From NCBI GenBank assembly GCA_050248855.1, contig JBFWRP010000013.1:1-64000 (forward strand): a stretch of DNA of 64,000 nt. The letters run 5' to 3'. Source of the DNA: Planctomycetota bacterium (GTDB taxonomy: Bacteria > Planctomycetota > PLA2 > JAEUHO01). Positions 29,733 to 39,401 of the stretch are shown here, one piece after another. The notes below the pieces were generated by a model. It did no database searches, was not told the origin of the DNA, and was given only the letters and a program-made list of their open reading frames with translations. Positions within the stretch are counted from its first letter, which is position 1. Every line of letters starts with the position of its first letter. A program made the translations under genes and the position numbers.

Positions 29733-31274
29733 CTACCCGCCGGACGCGCGGGCCGCGCCTCGTGGTGCGGCGTGCAGGTGGCGCAGCGCCCAAGCCGAGA
29801 CCGTGTCGGGCGCCCCCAGTCGCGTAGGGAGGTCATCGACATCGCCGCCCAGCACGGCCAAGCGCCCCGTGCCGCCCGTATGCCCACCCGTCCGGCGCCA
29901 GGGCGCGGGGCCGATGCGCCCGTGGCGTGGATGCTCGAGCACGTGCGTCCTCCGCGGCCAGCCCACGACCAGATCGGCGTCGTCGGGAGGCCGTTCGAGC
30001 AGCGCGTCGACCGGCGCACGCGCGACGCGTACCTCGACCGCGCGGCCCGTCGTCGGATCCCGCGTCTCCGCAAGCAAGGCCTCCAGGTCATCCAGCACGG
30101 ACGCGGCCTCGCGCGGGCGCACGCGACCGGCGGCTTCACGACCGATCACGTTCAGCCGGATCCGGCTGTCGTAGAAGGACGGCAAGGCAAACGCCCGCAT
30201 GCGCGACCACGCACCGCGGTAGCGCGCGGCAGGCATCCAGGCCAGCTCCCGGCCCCGGCCGTCGCGCGTGTCCGGCACCCGCCGTCGTCGCAGGCCCTGC
30301 CGGCTCGCACGGGGAGCGCGAAAGTGGCGAAGGACGGTCGCGCTCCAGTCCAGGCCCTCGGGCCAGGGGGCATCTTCGCCCGGGATGCCTCCGGCCGGCG
30401 GCTCGTAGGCCCGCTCCCCCGTCTCGTGGCGCAGCAACAGCTCGGGCATGAGGAGCATGGCGGGGACGTCGGCGTGGTTCGTGCCCATGCCGTGCGGCAC
30501 GAACGCGACGACATCGGCCTCGGGGAACGCGGCCATCAACCGGCCGACGAAGCGGTCCATCGCACGCACGATCTGCCGGAGCGCCTCGCGCGCCACCGGC
30601 GCACTGGCATGACCGGCGAGTGGATGCGCGGGATCGACACCGTGCCAGAGCGCCTCGACGGCGCCGTGCAGCTCGCCGATGACGACGAGGCCCAGCTTCC
30701 AGCCGGGAAGTCGCGTCCCCAGCAGCCAGCGCGCCACCTCGGCACGCACGTCGACGGCCCTCGCGAGGTCCAAGCCCATGCGCTTCGTCGCCTCGGCGTC
30801 AGGCCAGGTGAAGCCGTAGATCCACGTGGGGGCGGGGTACGGTCCGAAGCGTTGCGTCACCTCGTCGACGAGGTCCTTGGGCACCGAGTGGCGCGCCACC
30901 CCGGGGTCATGGGCGCCCCAGGCCCCCAGGCCGCGCGCTTCGCCCGGCACGAGGTCGAAGTAGGGCACGTCGAACGCCACGACGGGTACGTCGAGCCCTG
31001 CCGTGAACGGCAGGGTGCGCGAGGTGGGCTGGCCGACGGCGTACGTGGCGGGATCGAACCCCACGGTGGACGAGCGGCGGCGGGTGGCCTCGGGGCGCCC
31101 CGCCGTGAACTGCTCCCACGCCAGACCCGACCAGCGCTCGTCGCCCGGCTCGAGCTCGATCGAGCGGGCGCCAAGCAACGGAGCCAGATGCGGCAGCGCC
31201 TCCTCGGCGAGAAAGCCCCGGAGCAGCTCGGGGTCCAGGCCATCGAGCCCGATCACGAGCAGCGGCCGGCTCAC
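29733..31274 (-). CDS. Alkaline-phosphatase-superfamily (phosphodiesterase/nucleotide pyrophosphatase) protein
   Basis: LVIGLDG, W..F.AG.P, PHGM, IRLNVIGRE, TGGH. Confidence 0.75.
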   Translation of the reverse strand: MSRPLLVIGLDGLDPELLRGFLAEEALPHLAPLLGARSIELEPGDERWSGLAWEQFTAGRPEATRRRSSTVGFDPATYAVGQPTSRTLPFTAGLDVPVVAFDVPYFDLVPGEARGLGAWGAHDPGVARHSVPKDLVDEVTQRFGPYPAPTWIYGFTWPDAEATKRMGLDLARAVDVRAEVARWLLGTRLPGWKLGLVVIGELHGAVEALWHGVDPAHPLAGHASAPVAREALRQIVRAMDRFVGRLMAAFPEADVVAFVPHGMGTNHADVPAMLLMPELLLRHETGERAYEPPAGGIPGEDAPWPEGLDWSATVLRHFRAPRASRQGLRRRRVPDTRDGRGRELAWMPAARYRGAWSRMRAFALPSFYDSRIRLNVIGREAAGRVRPREAASVLDDLEALLAETRDPTTGRAVEVRVARAPVDALLERPPDDADLVVGWPRRTHVLEHPRHGRIGPAPWRRTGGHTGGTGRLAVLGGDVDDLPTRLGAPDTVSAWALRHLHAAPRGAARASGG

Positions 31275-32290
31275 GACGTGGCCCCCGCGCGCGATGCGAG
31301 CGCGCCCTCGAAACCATCCCGCCGCCCGCGCGCACGGGCCACGTCACGCAGCGCGGGCACCCAGCGCTCGGGCGCCGTCGTCCAACGCACCTTGCGCCAT
31401 CGGCGCTGACGACGGCGCAACGAGCGCGCGAGCTCGTGCGCATCGGCGTGTGCGCCCACCGATCGCCCCTCGGCCGTGAGCACGCCCTCGGCCCATCCCA
31501 CGTCGTACCAGTAGTCGCGCAGGTAGCGCCGCGTGCAGCGCCCGCGCGGCATATGGTGGTCGACGCGGGCGTCGGGCAGCCAGCGCCCCTCGGCGCCCGC
31601 GCGAAGCAAGGCGTCCACGAGCAGGACTTCTTCGTAGCCCAGGAACGGACGCCCAGGCTGCCGACCCCAGGCCGGATCGAATGGCGCCGCCGACAGGACG
31701 TCCGCACGCAGCGCGAAGTTGGCGCCGAAGGGCTGGATGCCGTCCTCGCCAAGCGGAGCGATGCGCACGGGGCCCTCGGGCTCGAGCCACGCATGGGACG
31801 TCGGCGCGTACCGCCGGATCGCCTCCACCCACCGCGGCGATGCGCGTTCGAACACCGGCACGATGGGCCCGCCGAAGACGGCCACGTGCGGGAGCTCCGC
31901 GAGGGCACGCTCGTAGACACGTAGCCAGCCGGGCGCCACGGTCACGTCATCGTCGGCGAACACGAGGAGCCGCCCGTACGCCTCGGCGACGGCCCGGTTG
32001 CGCGCGTGCGAGAGCCCGGGCACGGGCTCACGCGCCGCGCGCACGGGGAGACGATCCCGGAACCCGTCGACGATGGCCCGGACCTCGCCGCGCGCCGGTG
32101 CGTTGTCGACGACCACGACCTCCCACGCACCCCGTGGCGCGTGCGCCGCAGCCATCGACGTCAAGGTCCGCAGCAGCGAATCCGGGCGACGCGCCGTACA
32201 GATCAGGACGCTCAGATCGAGCGTGTCCGTACGTCCGCGCAGGGTGGACACATCGTCCGGGCGGGGGTGCAAGCCGGGGCCGGGTGCCAT
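31271..32290 (-). CDS. Glycosyltransferase family 2
   Basis: SVLICT, VVVDN, GLSHARN, FADDD, GANF, YEE. Confidence 0.85.
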   Translation of the reverse strand: MAPGPGLHPRPDDVSTLRGRTDTLDLSVLICTARRPDSLLRTLTSMAAAHAPRGAWEVVVVDNAPARGEVRAIVDGFRDRLPVRAAREPVPGLSHARNRAVAEAYGRLLVFADDDVTVAPGWLRVYERALAELPHVAVFGGPIVPVFERASPRWVEAIRRYAPTSHAWLEPEGPVRIAPLGEDGIQPFGANFALRADVLSAAPFDPAWGRQPGRPFLGYEEVLLVDALLRAGAEGRWLPDARVDHHMPRGRCTRRYLRDYWYDVGWAEGVLTAEGRSVGAHADAHELARSLRRRQRRWRKVRWTTAPERWVPALRDVARARGRRDGFEGALASRAGATS

Positions 32291-32344
32291 CGGGGCGATG
32301 GTAGAAGAAGCCGACCTGATGGCGCCTGCGGGCGAGGAGTCCCC

Positions 32345-34246
32345 GTGAAGTTTCCGCTGCTCGTTGCCCTCGCATTCGTGGCCGGCGTCGGCACCGTCCG
32401 CATCGCAGCGAGCGGCGAGCCGGCGCAGGTCCGCGAGCTTCCCCAGCTTGACCGCTTCTTGGCGGGGGCCGGGCCGCGCTACGGCGCCGAAGGCGTGTTC
32501 GAGCTTCTCGACGACGGACGCACGCCGGGGCAGTCCAACACCGCGGCATGGCCGCGCCACGCCGAGGGCGCCCGGCAGCACACGGAGGTCCTTGCAGAGC
32601 TGCGCGTGGAGGAGGGCGGGGACGGCGGCGCGTTCGTGCTGCTGCCGACGACTGCGTACGGCTACCAGGGTGCGGCTCCTTTCCGCGCCGACTGGACGCA
32701 CGCCGACCTGCCGGGCGCGTTCGCCGTGGGCGTCGACGTGCACAACCCGCCGACCCAGGAGCCGTTCGGCCCCGATGGCAACGTGCTGGGCGCGCCCGAG
32801 CGCGAGGTGTCGCTGCACTTCGACGGCCGCGAGCTGGTGAAGCGTGTCGTCGACAGCGAGTTCCGGGGTGCGTGGACACGTGTCCGGATCCGCGTCGAGC
32901 ATGTGGTCGGCGGTGCCGAGGTCACGGTGCTCCTGGGGGAGGAGATGGTCTACGACCGGTGGTTCGTGGCCGGGTTCCTGCCCTACGAGTCACGCTTGGC
33001 CATCGGGGCCAGCACCACGGGCGGGGCCACGACGCGCTTCGACGTCCGAGCCGTCGAGGTCGTCCCGGGACCCGCTGCGAAGCGCGTGCGTCCCCCGCTC
33101 GAGGTGGAGGTCTTCCACCATGTGCGGACGGACAACACGACGACGGCGTACCAGGCCACCGTCGACCTGCCGCCGCTCGAGTGGTCGTTCGGCCGCATCC
33201 TGCTGACGCTCGACCTCCACGATGCCGGGCGCATGTGGGACGAGTGGGACCGCAACGGCGAGATCTCGATCCTGGACGACGACGGCACCAAGCTCGGCCT
33301 GGTCCCGTTCATCACGTCCTACCGGACACCCTGCCACTGGGTCGTGGACGTCACGGCGTTTCGGCCGTGGCTGCATGGTCGGCGCACGTTCGAGATCGCG
33401 GCGGGAACGACGTTCTACATGAACCGCGGCTACCTCATGAGCGTGTCGCTCGCGTTCCACCATGGAACCCCCGAGACGGTGGCCACGAAGGTCGTTCCCC
33501 TCTGGCACGGCACGGCGCACTACCGCAGCGACGCGAACGCCTTCCGCGACTTCTACACGCCGCAAAAGGTGGCCATCGACAGGAGCGTGACGAAGGCCGA
33601 GCTGGTGGTGTTCACGACGGGGCACGGCCAAGTGGGCGAGTTCACGCCCGCCAAGCGCACCATCGCGTTCACGCCGGACAGCTCGGCCGCAGCCCCCATC
33701 GAGAAGCGGTTCGAGGATGTCCTCTGGAAGACGGACTGCTACTTGAACCCCAACCGTCCGCAGTACGGCACGTGGAAGTACCCGCGCGCCGGCTGGGCGC
33801 CCGGCGACATCGTCCACCCATGGACGGTGGACCTCACCCCGGACCTCGTGCCCGGAGCCACGGCCCGTCTCGTGTACGAGCCTCGGCCCTACGAGTTCCC
33901 GGATGGCCAGCGACCGAGCGACGAGCAGCTGGCGCAGGCCACGCACGTCGTGCGCGCGTACGTGATCCTGTACGGCAAGCCGCAGGGCCTGCTCGAAGCG
34001 CCCACGATGCGCGTCGCCAGCGTGACCAAGGGCGGCAACGCGGACCGGGCGGGCGTGAAGGCCGGCGACTGGATCGGGTTCTACGACGGTCAGCGCATCG
34101 ACTCGGCCGATGCCTTGCGCGCAGCGATCGGAAGCGCCACGTCGGATCCGTCACGCAGCATTCCCCTGGTCCTCTTCCGCGGCAGCGAGCGTATCGAGGT
34201 CACGGTCCAGCCAGGCCTGCTCGGCGTGCAGATCGGAGGTGCGTGA
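32345..34246 (+). CDS. Exported PNGase F-like protein with N-terminal lectin-like region and C-terminal PDZ domain
   Basis: RBS GAGGAG-GTG; DEWDR, FITSY, TGHG..EF, GTWKYPRAGWAPG; PDZ ADRAGVKAGDWI. Confidence 0.7.
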   Translation: MKFPLLVALAFVAGVGTVRIAASGEPAQVRELPQLDRFLAGAGPRYGAEGVFELLDDGRTPGQSNTAAWPRHAEGARQHTEVLAELRVEEGGDGGAFVLLPTTAYGYQGAAPFRADWTHADLPGAFAVGVDVHNPPTQEPFGPDGNVLGAPEREVSLHFDGRELVKRVVDSEFRGAWTRVRIRVEHVVGGAEVTVLLGEEMVYDRWFVAGFLPYESRLAIGASTTGGATTRFDVRAVEVVPGPAAKRVRPPLEVEVFHHVRTDNTTTAYQATVDLPPLEWSFGRILLTLDLHDAGRMWDEWDRNGEISILDDDGTKLGLVPFITSYRTPCHWVVDVTAFRPWLHGRRTFEIAAGTTFYMNRGYLMSVSLAFHHGTPETVATKVVPLWHGTAHYRSDANAFRDFYTPQKVAIDRSVTKAELVVFTTGHGQVGEFTPAKRTIAFTPDSSAAAPIEKRFEDVLWKTDCYLNPNRPQYGTWKYPRAGWAPGDIVHPWTVDLTPDLVPGATARLVYEPRPYEFPDGQRPSDEQLAQATHVVRAYVILYGKPQGLLEAPTMRVASVTKGGNADRAGVKAGDWIGFYDGQRIDSADALRAAIGSATSDPSRSIPLVLFRGSERIEVTVQPGLLGVQIGGA

Positions 34247-34359
34247 TGGCGCTCTCCACTCGCGGCGCCGTGGCGTGGGGAACCCTCGTGCGCTGGCTCC
34301 TCTTCGCCCTCCTCCTCGCCGGCGCCATCACTTGGTGGAAGAGCCGCCAAGGCGGTTGA
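34246..34359 (+). CDS. 37-aa single-TM small protein
   Basis: TGATG coupling, RBS GGAGG, hydrophobic helix. Confidence 0.5.
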   Translation: MALSTRGAVAWGTLVRWLLFALLLAGAITWWKSRQGG

Positions 34360-34397
34360 GGCTGAGGCACCAAAGACGCGCGGTCGCGCGTCCCCGC

Positions 34398-35072
34398 ATG
34401 TGTCAGGACGCTTGCCGCGGTGCCGCACCGTGAGGAGTGCAGGGGTGGTAGGGACTAGCACCCCTGCTGCGCAGGCGAAGCCGGAGCACCGAATCCGCGC
34501 GGGAGTGCGGAACGGAAGCGAGAGCGTCGTCCCTCTACGGGCAACGCAAGGCACATCTGAGACTCGCCCCGTTGACCGAGGCAGAAACCTGGGCAAGGTG
34601 CCTGACGTGGAAGGTGCCTGACACGCAGGGCTCGGCGAGCGCAGCCACTCCTTCGTGGGAGGGGGTGCCGCGCGCATCGAGACGCGGTACGGAGGCGGGG
34701 ATTTCTTCCGCAACTTGCCGCCCTGCGCTTCGGCATGCGGAAGTGCCCATCGGCAAGTTGCGGAAGAATTCCCCGCCTCCGTACGGGCTTTGCCGTCGGC
34801 ATGAAGAACTGACACGTAGTGGTCGCGGTTCGACCGCCAGCGAACCCGGATGTGTCAGGACCCTTGCCGCGGCGCCGCGTAGCGGCAACGTGGGCAAGGT
34901 GCCTGACACGGAGGGGTCGCGATTCGACGGCCAGTGGACGTCGCACTTTGGCAACTGAAATCGAGCGGAGCGCACGGAGTAGCGTTCCGCGCTACCGCGC
35001 GGACTCGGCGCTCCGGCTTCGCCTCCGCAGCAGGGGGGCTATTCCGTACCCCCCCTGCACCCCTCACGGTGC
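34398..35072. repeat. Composite palindromic element (REP/BIME- or MITE-like)
   Basis: About 90-bp imperfect inverted repeats 34425-34514 / 34983-35072; central 34-bp IR 34687-34720 / 34751-34784; several AAGGTGCCTGAC / GTGTCAGGAC units. Confidence 0.75.
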
Positions 35073-35139
35073 TCCGAGGCACAGGTTCAGACACCTCCGC
35101 GCGCCTCGCGGCTCGACTGCCAGCGACCGTCGCGCTGCG

Positions 35140-35913
35140 CTACTCGCACGCCAAGCGCACGCGATCCCCCAACGCTTCGAGGATCACCTTGCGCGTCGCC
35201 TCGGGAACCTCGAGCCGCGCAAGCTCGGCGTGGACCTCTTCCGGCGTGCCGTAGCCCGACAACCATCCGTTGAGCCGGGCCGCCAACGGACTGTCCAGGA
35301 TCATCGCGTCCGACGCATCAAGCCCGAACACCTTCACCATCAGCGCGCCACGGCTGCGAAGCGCGTACTTCTGATGGTACGCCTCCGCCAGCCAGAAGGT
35401 GCCCGCCGCCTTCACCTCCGTCAGAGGCCGCTTGCCATCCCGTCGCGCCGCCAGCTTCTCGATGCTGGCTTCCGCCCATCGCGCCTGCTCGGCGCCGTGC
35501 GTCCACAGCACGGACTTGTACTGCGTGGACCCGCCTCGCCGCCACGGATCGTGCCCTCTCCAGAACAGCTCGAGCAGCTTCTCGTACGAGATCAACCGCG
35601 GGTCGAACTCGACCTGGAACGCCTCCGTGTGGTCCCCCAGATCGCGGTACGTCGGCTTGTCCTTCGTACCCCCCGCATAGCCGACTCGTGTCCGAAGCAC
35701 ACCGGGGAGACTCCCGAACTGGGCGTCCGGCCCCCAGAATCAGCCCAGCGCGAAGGTGGCGACCTGCACGTTCTCGGCCCGCGGTGCATCGGGCGCCAGG
35801 GGAACGGGAACATGCTCCTTGGCGCGCGCCGTGGCCACGACGAGTGCGCCAGCACCCAGGAACCCGGCCACCGCGGGGAGAACACGTCGAAGGAGCGAGC
35901 GTCGAGCGGTCAT
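35140..35913 (-). CDS. msrA: Selenocysteine-containing peptide-methionine (S)-S-oxide reductase MsrA with Tat-like signal
   Basis: ATFALG-TGA-FWG at the GCFWG catalytic Cys (TCA 35740-35742); RVGYAGG, DHTE, AEAYHQKY; downstream hairpin; N-terminus MTARRSLL. Confidence 0.88.
35704..35734 (-). promoter_or_regulatory. SECIS-like hairpin of msrA
   Basis: GGGG..GAC(G)CCC-AGUUC-GGG(A)GUC.CCCC; loop G at +21 from UGA. Confidence 0.6.
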
Positions 35914-35961
35914 GACCCCACCCTACGGGCAAGCCGGGCGCGTAGCCTCTACACTGGCGTC

Positions 35962-36714
35962 ATGCCGTCGTTCCGTCCGGTTCGAGCCCTGTCGTTCGAC
36001 TGCTACGGCACGCTGATCGACTGGGAGACGGGCCTCGAGCGCGCCCTGGCACCGTTGGCCGCCCGCGCGAAGGACGATTTGCCCGCGCAGGAGATCCTCG
36101 GGCGGTTCGCCAGCGAGGAGCACCGCATCCAGCAGCTGCACCCCACCCTGCCGTACGACCGCGTGCTCGCCGAGACACACCGCGCCCTGTCCCACGCCTG
36201 GGAGGCGCCTGCCACCGATGCCGACCACGAGGCCTTCGCCGCTTCGCTGGGGACGTGGCCGCCCTTCCCCGACAGCCGCGCGGCCTTGGCGCGCCTCGGC
36301 CGCCGCTTCCACCTGGCGATCCTCTCCAACGTGACGCGCGACGGCATCGCCGCGTCGGTGTCTCTCCTCGGCATGCGCTTCGACACGATCCTCACCGCCG
36401 AGGACATCGGCTCCTACAAGCCCGACCCCCGCAACTTCGAGGCTCTCCTCCGCCATCTCGACCGCCACCACGGCATCCAGCCGCACGAGCTGCTGCACGT
36501 GGCCCAGAGCCAGTTCCACGACATCGTCCCGGCGAGCCGGCTCGGTCTGTCCACCGCGTGGATCGATCGCCAGAACCTCGCCGAAGGAGGCTCCTTCGGA
36601 GCGACGAAGGCCCTGACGGCGCTCGCGCGTCCGACGTGGCGATTCCGGAGCCTCGTCGAGCTGGCGGACGCCGTGGACGCCGAGCTTGCAGCAGCGGCGG
36701 GGAAGCCCGCATGA
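35962..36714 (+). CDS. Haloacid dehalogenase type II (HAD)
   Basis: FDCYGTLIDWE, ILSN, SYKP, HVAQSQFHD. Confidence 0.9.
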   Translation: MPSFRPVRALSFDCYGTLIDWETGLERALAPLAARAKDDLPAQEILGRFASEEHRIQQLHPTLPYDRVLAETHRALSHAWEAPATDADHEAFAASLGTWPPFPDSRAALARLGRRFHLAILSNVTRDGIAASVSLLGMRFDTILTAEDIGSYKPDPRNFEALLRHLDRHHGIQPHELLHVAQSQFHDIVPASRLGLSTAWIDRQNLAEGGSFGATKALTALARPTWRFRSLVELADAVDAELAAAAGKPA

Positions 36715-37865
36715 TCGCGCCCCGCCACATGCTGGTCGCTCCCCTGCTGCTGGCCGTGGGCCTGTGCACACCGAACAAGGGCTACGCGAACGACAGTGGA
36801 GACGATCCCCACGGCATCGGCCAGTCGAGTCCGAGCGTCGTGCGTACCCTCGAGCTGGCGCTGAGCGGCGAAACCCCGATGGAGATCGATCGCCCCGGAA
36901 GCCGGTGCAACCGGCGAGACCGGGTCGCGGCGTGGTGGAAGGCTCTCGGTCGGGGGGCCCTTCCTGCGCTCCTTCGCGTCCTCGATCCGAAGACGATGGG
37001 CGATCCGTGGGAGGCGATGCTGCGCCGCGAGGCCGCACTGCAGGGCCTGCTCCACTTGGTCCGACGTTGGGACCTTCCCCTCCTGCGGGCTCTTCATGAG
37101 GCCGGTTGGCGCGATGTGATCTGGTTGCAGCTGGCACTCGAGGACTCGCACATGCCTCGGCACGTGGCCCTTGCCCTCGAGCGTGGCCAGCGCGTAGGAG
37201 CGGTACGACTCGCGGCGATGACGTATCCGCATCGCCTGATCGATCAGGCCTTGCTCCCGATCTTGGACGCCGGACAGGAAGCCATGGGCTACGGCGCCTC
37301 CTGGATGCTCGACTACGTCGATCGACGTCAGCTCACGCAGGCCCTGCCCGCCTTGGAGAAGTGGATCGCCGAGCTGGAGCGAGGCGAGCGCTTCGAGGGG
37401 AACGATCTCGTGGAATCGTCCTTGATGCAGGTCGTCTCGCCGCCACCGCGTGGGCTCCTGGACCGCGATCTGTGGATGACCGAGGAGATCAGCTTCCCAC
37501 CCGGCCGGGGCAAGCACCCCCTGCGCGCGTGGTTCGTCCCGCACCGGAGCAACCCCGATGACGACTGGGTGGACTCCGCCTCGGACCAGCTTCTCCGGCT
37601 CCACGTGACGTGCGCCCGACTGGGCTCGCACGAAGCCTTGTTGCACATCGTCGCCATGACCCAACCGTCGTACACGCGCCCACGAAACTCCGAGTCGTGG
37701 AGCCGCAAGGAAGTGAAGTCAGGAGCACTTCGGATGCTCCGCCATCTCATTGCGGAAGCCTTGCCCGCGTTCGAGGACGCCCCGGAAGCGCTCCGGGAGT
37801 GGTGGATGCAACACCACGACAAGCTCCACTTCGACCACGACACGCGGACGTGGAGCGTCCGCTAG
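36711..37865 (+). CDS. Exported hypothetical protein
   Basis: ATGA overlap, signal peptide, LREWW…LHFD tail. Confidence 0.55.
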   Translation: MIAPRHMLVAPLLLAVGLCTPNKGYANDSGDDPHGIGQSSPSVVRTLELALSGETPMEIDRPGSRCNRRDRVAAWWKALGRGALPALLRVLDPKTMGDPWEAMLRREAALQGLLHLVRRWDLPLLRALHEAGWRDVIWLQLALEDSHMPRHVALALERGQRVGAVRLAAMTYPHRLIDQALLPILDAGQEAMGYGASWMLDYVDRRQLTQALPALEKWIAELERGERFEGNDLVESSLMQVVSPPPRGLLDRDLWMTEEISFPPGRGKHPLRAWFVPHRSNPDDDWVDSASDQLLRLHVTCARLGSHEALLHIVAMTQPSYTRPRNSESWSRKEVKSGALRMLRHLIAEALPAFEDAPEALREWWMQHHDKLHFDHDTRTWSVR

Positions 37866-38686
37866 TCGGTCGAGGAGCCACCCTCTTCGCCGTCACGCTT
37901 CTTCTTGCGCTTCTCCTTGCGCTCTTCGAGACGGGCCTCGCGCTGGTCGGCCTTCTCCTCGGCGGCACGGCGGCGCTCGGCGGCGGCGGCGAAGTCGAAG
38001 TCCTTCTTGTTGTCCTTCCACCAGATACGCCAGGCGTCCGTGTCGCCGCCCAGGTCCTGACCGATGGCGGACGTCAGGGCTCGACGCAAGAGCGTGGCGC
38101 CCCGGTTGGCCTCGTTGGCCGCGCCGCGGCCCGCGCGGGCGCGCAGGTCGATCAGGAGCTCGATGGCCTTGGCGTCGGGCACGTTGGCGATGGCCATCGT
38201 GCGGGCGCCAAGCTCCTCGGCGTCCATCTTGATGTCGATGTCGTCGGCCAGGGCCTTCAGGCTGTTCACCTGGGCCAGGCGGCGGAGCGCGTCGATCACG
38301 AGGAGTCGCTCCTCGAGCCTGTCGCCGCCGGGCACCTTGGCCAGACGTGCCCCAAGGGCCTGGGCCGCGCCCCGCTTGCACGCCTCGGCCTCACGCGTCG
38401 CCAGCGCCTCGATGGCCGTTTCGCGCAGTTCGAAGAAGTCGTCGCCCAAGCGCTTGACGAGGGCGGCCGTGACCAGGGGATGCTGGTTGGCCTTGGCCTC
38501 GACCAGCGCCTCCTCGCGAACGGCACGCTCCTTGTCGCCCAGCCGCTCGGCCAGGGCCTTCGCCTCGGCCTTGGCGGCCTCCTCGGCGGCCTTGTCGGCG
38601 GCGGAATCCGCCCTGGCACCGTGGGTCACCGCCGACACGAGCAGGGCCAGCGCAGCTACGGCGAGGAAGAAGCGCGTACGGGTCAT
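37862..38686 (-). CDS. Exported HEAT-repeat protein
   Basis: Signal peptide; HEAT-like repeats; WRIWWK. Confidence 0.7.
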   Translation of the reverse strand: MTRTRFFLAVAALALLVSAVTHGARADSAADKAAEEAAKAEAKALAERLGDKERAVREEALVEAKANQHPLVTAALVKRLGDDFFELRETAIEALATREAEACKRGAAQALGARLAKVPGGDRLEERLLVIDALRRLAQVNSLKALADDIDIKMDAEELGARTMAIANVPDAKAIELLIDLRARAGRGAANEANRGATLLRRALTSAIGQDLGGDTDAWRIWWKDNKKDFDFAAAAERRRAAEEKADQREARLEERKEKRKKKRDGEEGGSSTD

Positions 38687-38762
38687 GGGAGCCTCCCGAG
38701 GTGCGGCCTGAAACCCCTCGCCGCCGTCCGGGTCGCGTCCAGGCCGGGCCGGGCCGGGCCCC

Positions 38763-39218
38763 CTACCCTCCCGGGCCGTCCGCGAGCATGTAGCCCTGCA
38801 GCGAGTCGTGCTCGTTGCGGAGCCGGCGGAGCTGGTCCCCGTAGAGACGGCGGATGGAGAGGATGCCGCCCAGGCCCCCGTCCGGAAGCATCACCGGCAG
38901 GTGCCGGCAGCCCGCCTCGATCATCAGCTCGGCGGCCTCTTCGTGCGTGGCCGTCGAGCCGATCGTGCGCAGCTCGCGCGTCATCACGTCCCGCAGCGGG
39001 AGACTGGCCGGGTCGTGGTCGCGATCGATCACCCGCACGAGCAAGTCGCGCTCGGTGAAGATCCCGAGGAGCTCATCGCCCTCCATGACCGCGAGGGCGC
39101 CGACCTTGGCCGCTACCAGCTCCCGCACGGCATCGCGAACGCATGCGTCGGCTTGGAGGGCCAACACAGGTTGGCGGCAGAGGCGCAACAAGGGAGTCGT
39201 CGGTCGAATCTGGGTCAT
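38763..39218 (-). CDS. CBS domain pair protein
   Basis: VGALAV, GIFTERDL, DVMT, RHLPV, GILSIR. Confidence 0.85.
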   Translation of the reverse strand: MTQIRPTTPLLRLCRQPVLALQADACVRDAVRELVAAKVGALAVMEGDELLGIFTERDLLVRVIDRDHDPASLPLRDVMTRELRTIGSTATHEEAAELMIEAGCRHLPVMLPDGGLGGILSIRRLYGDQLRRLRNEHDSLQGYMLADGPGG

Positions 39219-39401
39219 CAGCGCCCTCCAGTACATGGCACCGTCGCATACGGTGCGAAGCACTGCACTGTAGTCCAACGCCAAGGGTCGTTCACGGACC
39301 ATCTCGCCCGAACCGCCCGCTTTGCATGGCCGCTCTGCGAGGGATATGGCGTGGAAACGGTGAAGGGCCCCCGCCGCCCGCAACGGGCGACAGGGGCCGG
39401 G

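Noticed and set aside
34398..35072. CRISPR array
   Set aside because: Repeats are inverted or nested and irregularly spaced; no constant repeat-spacer period and no cas genes
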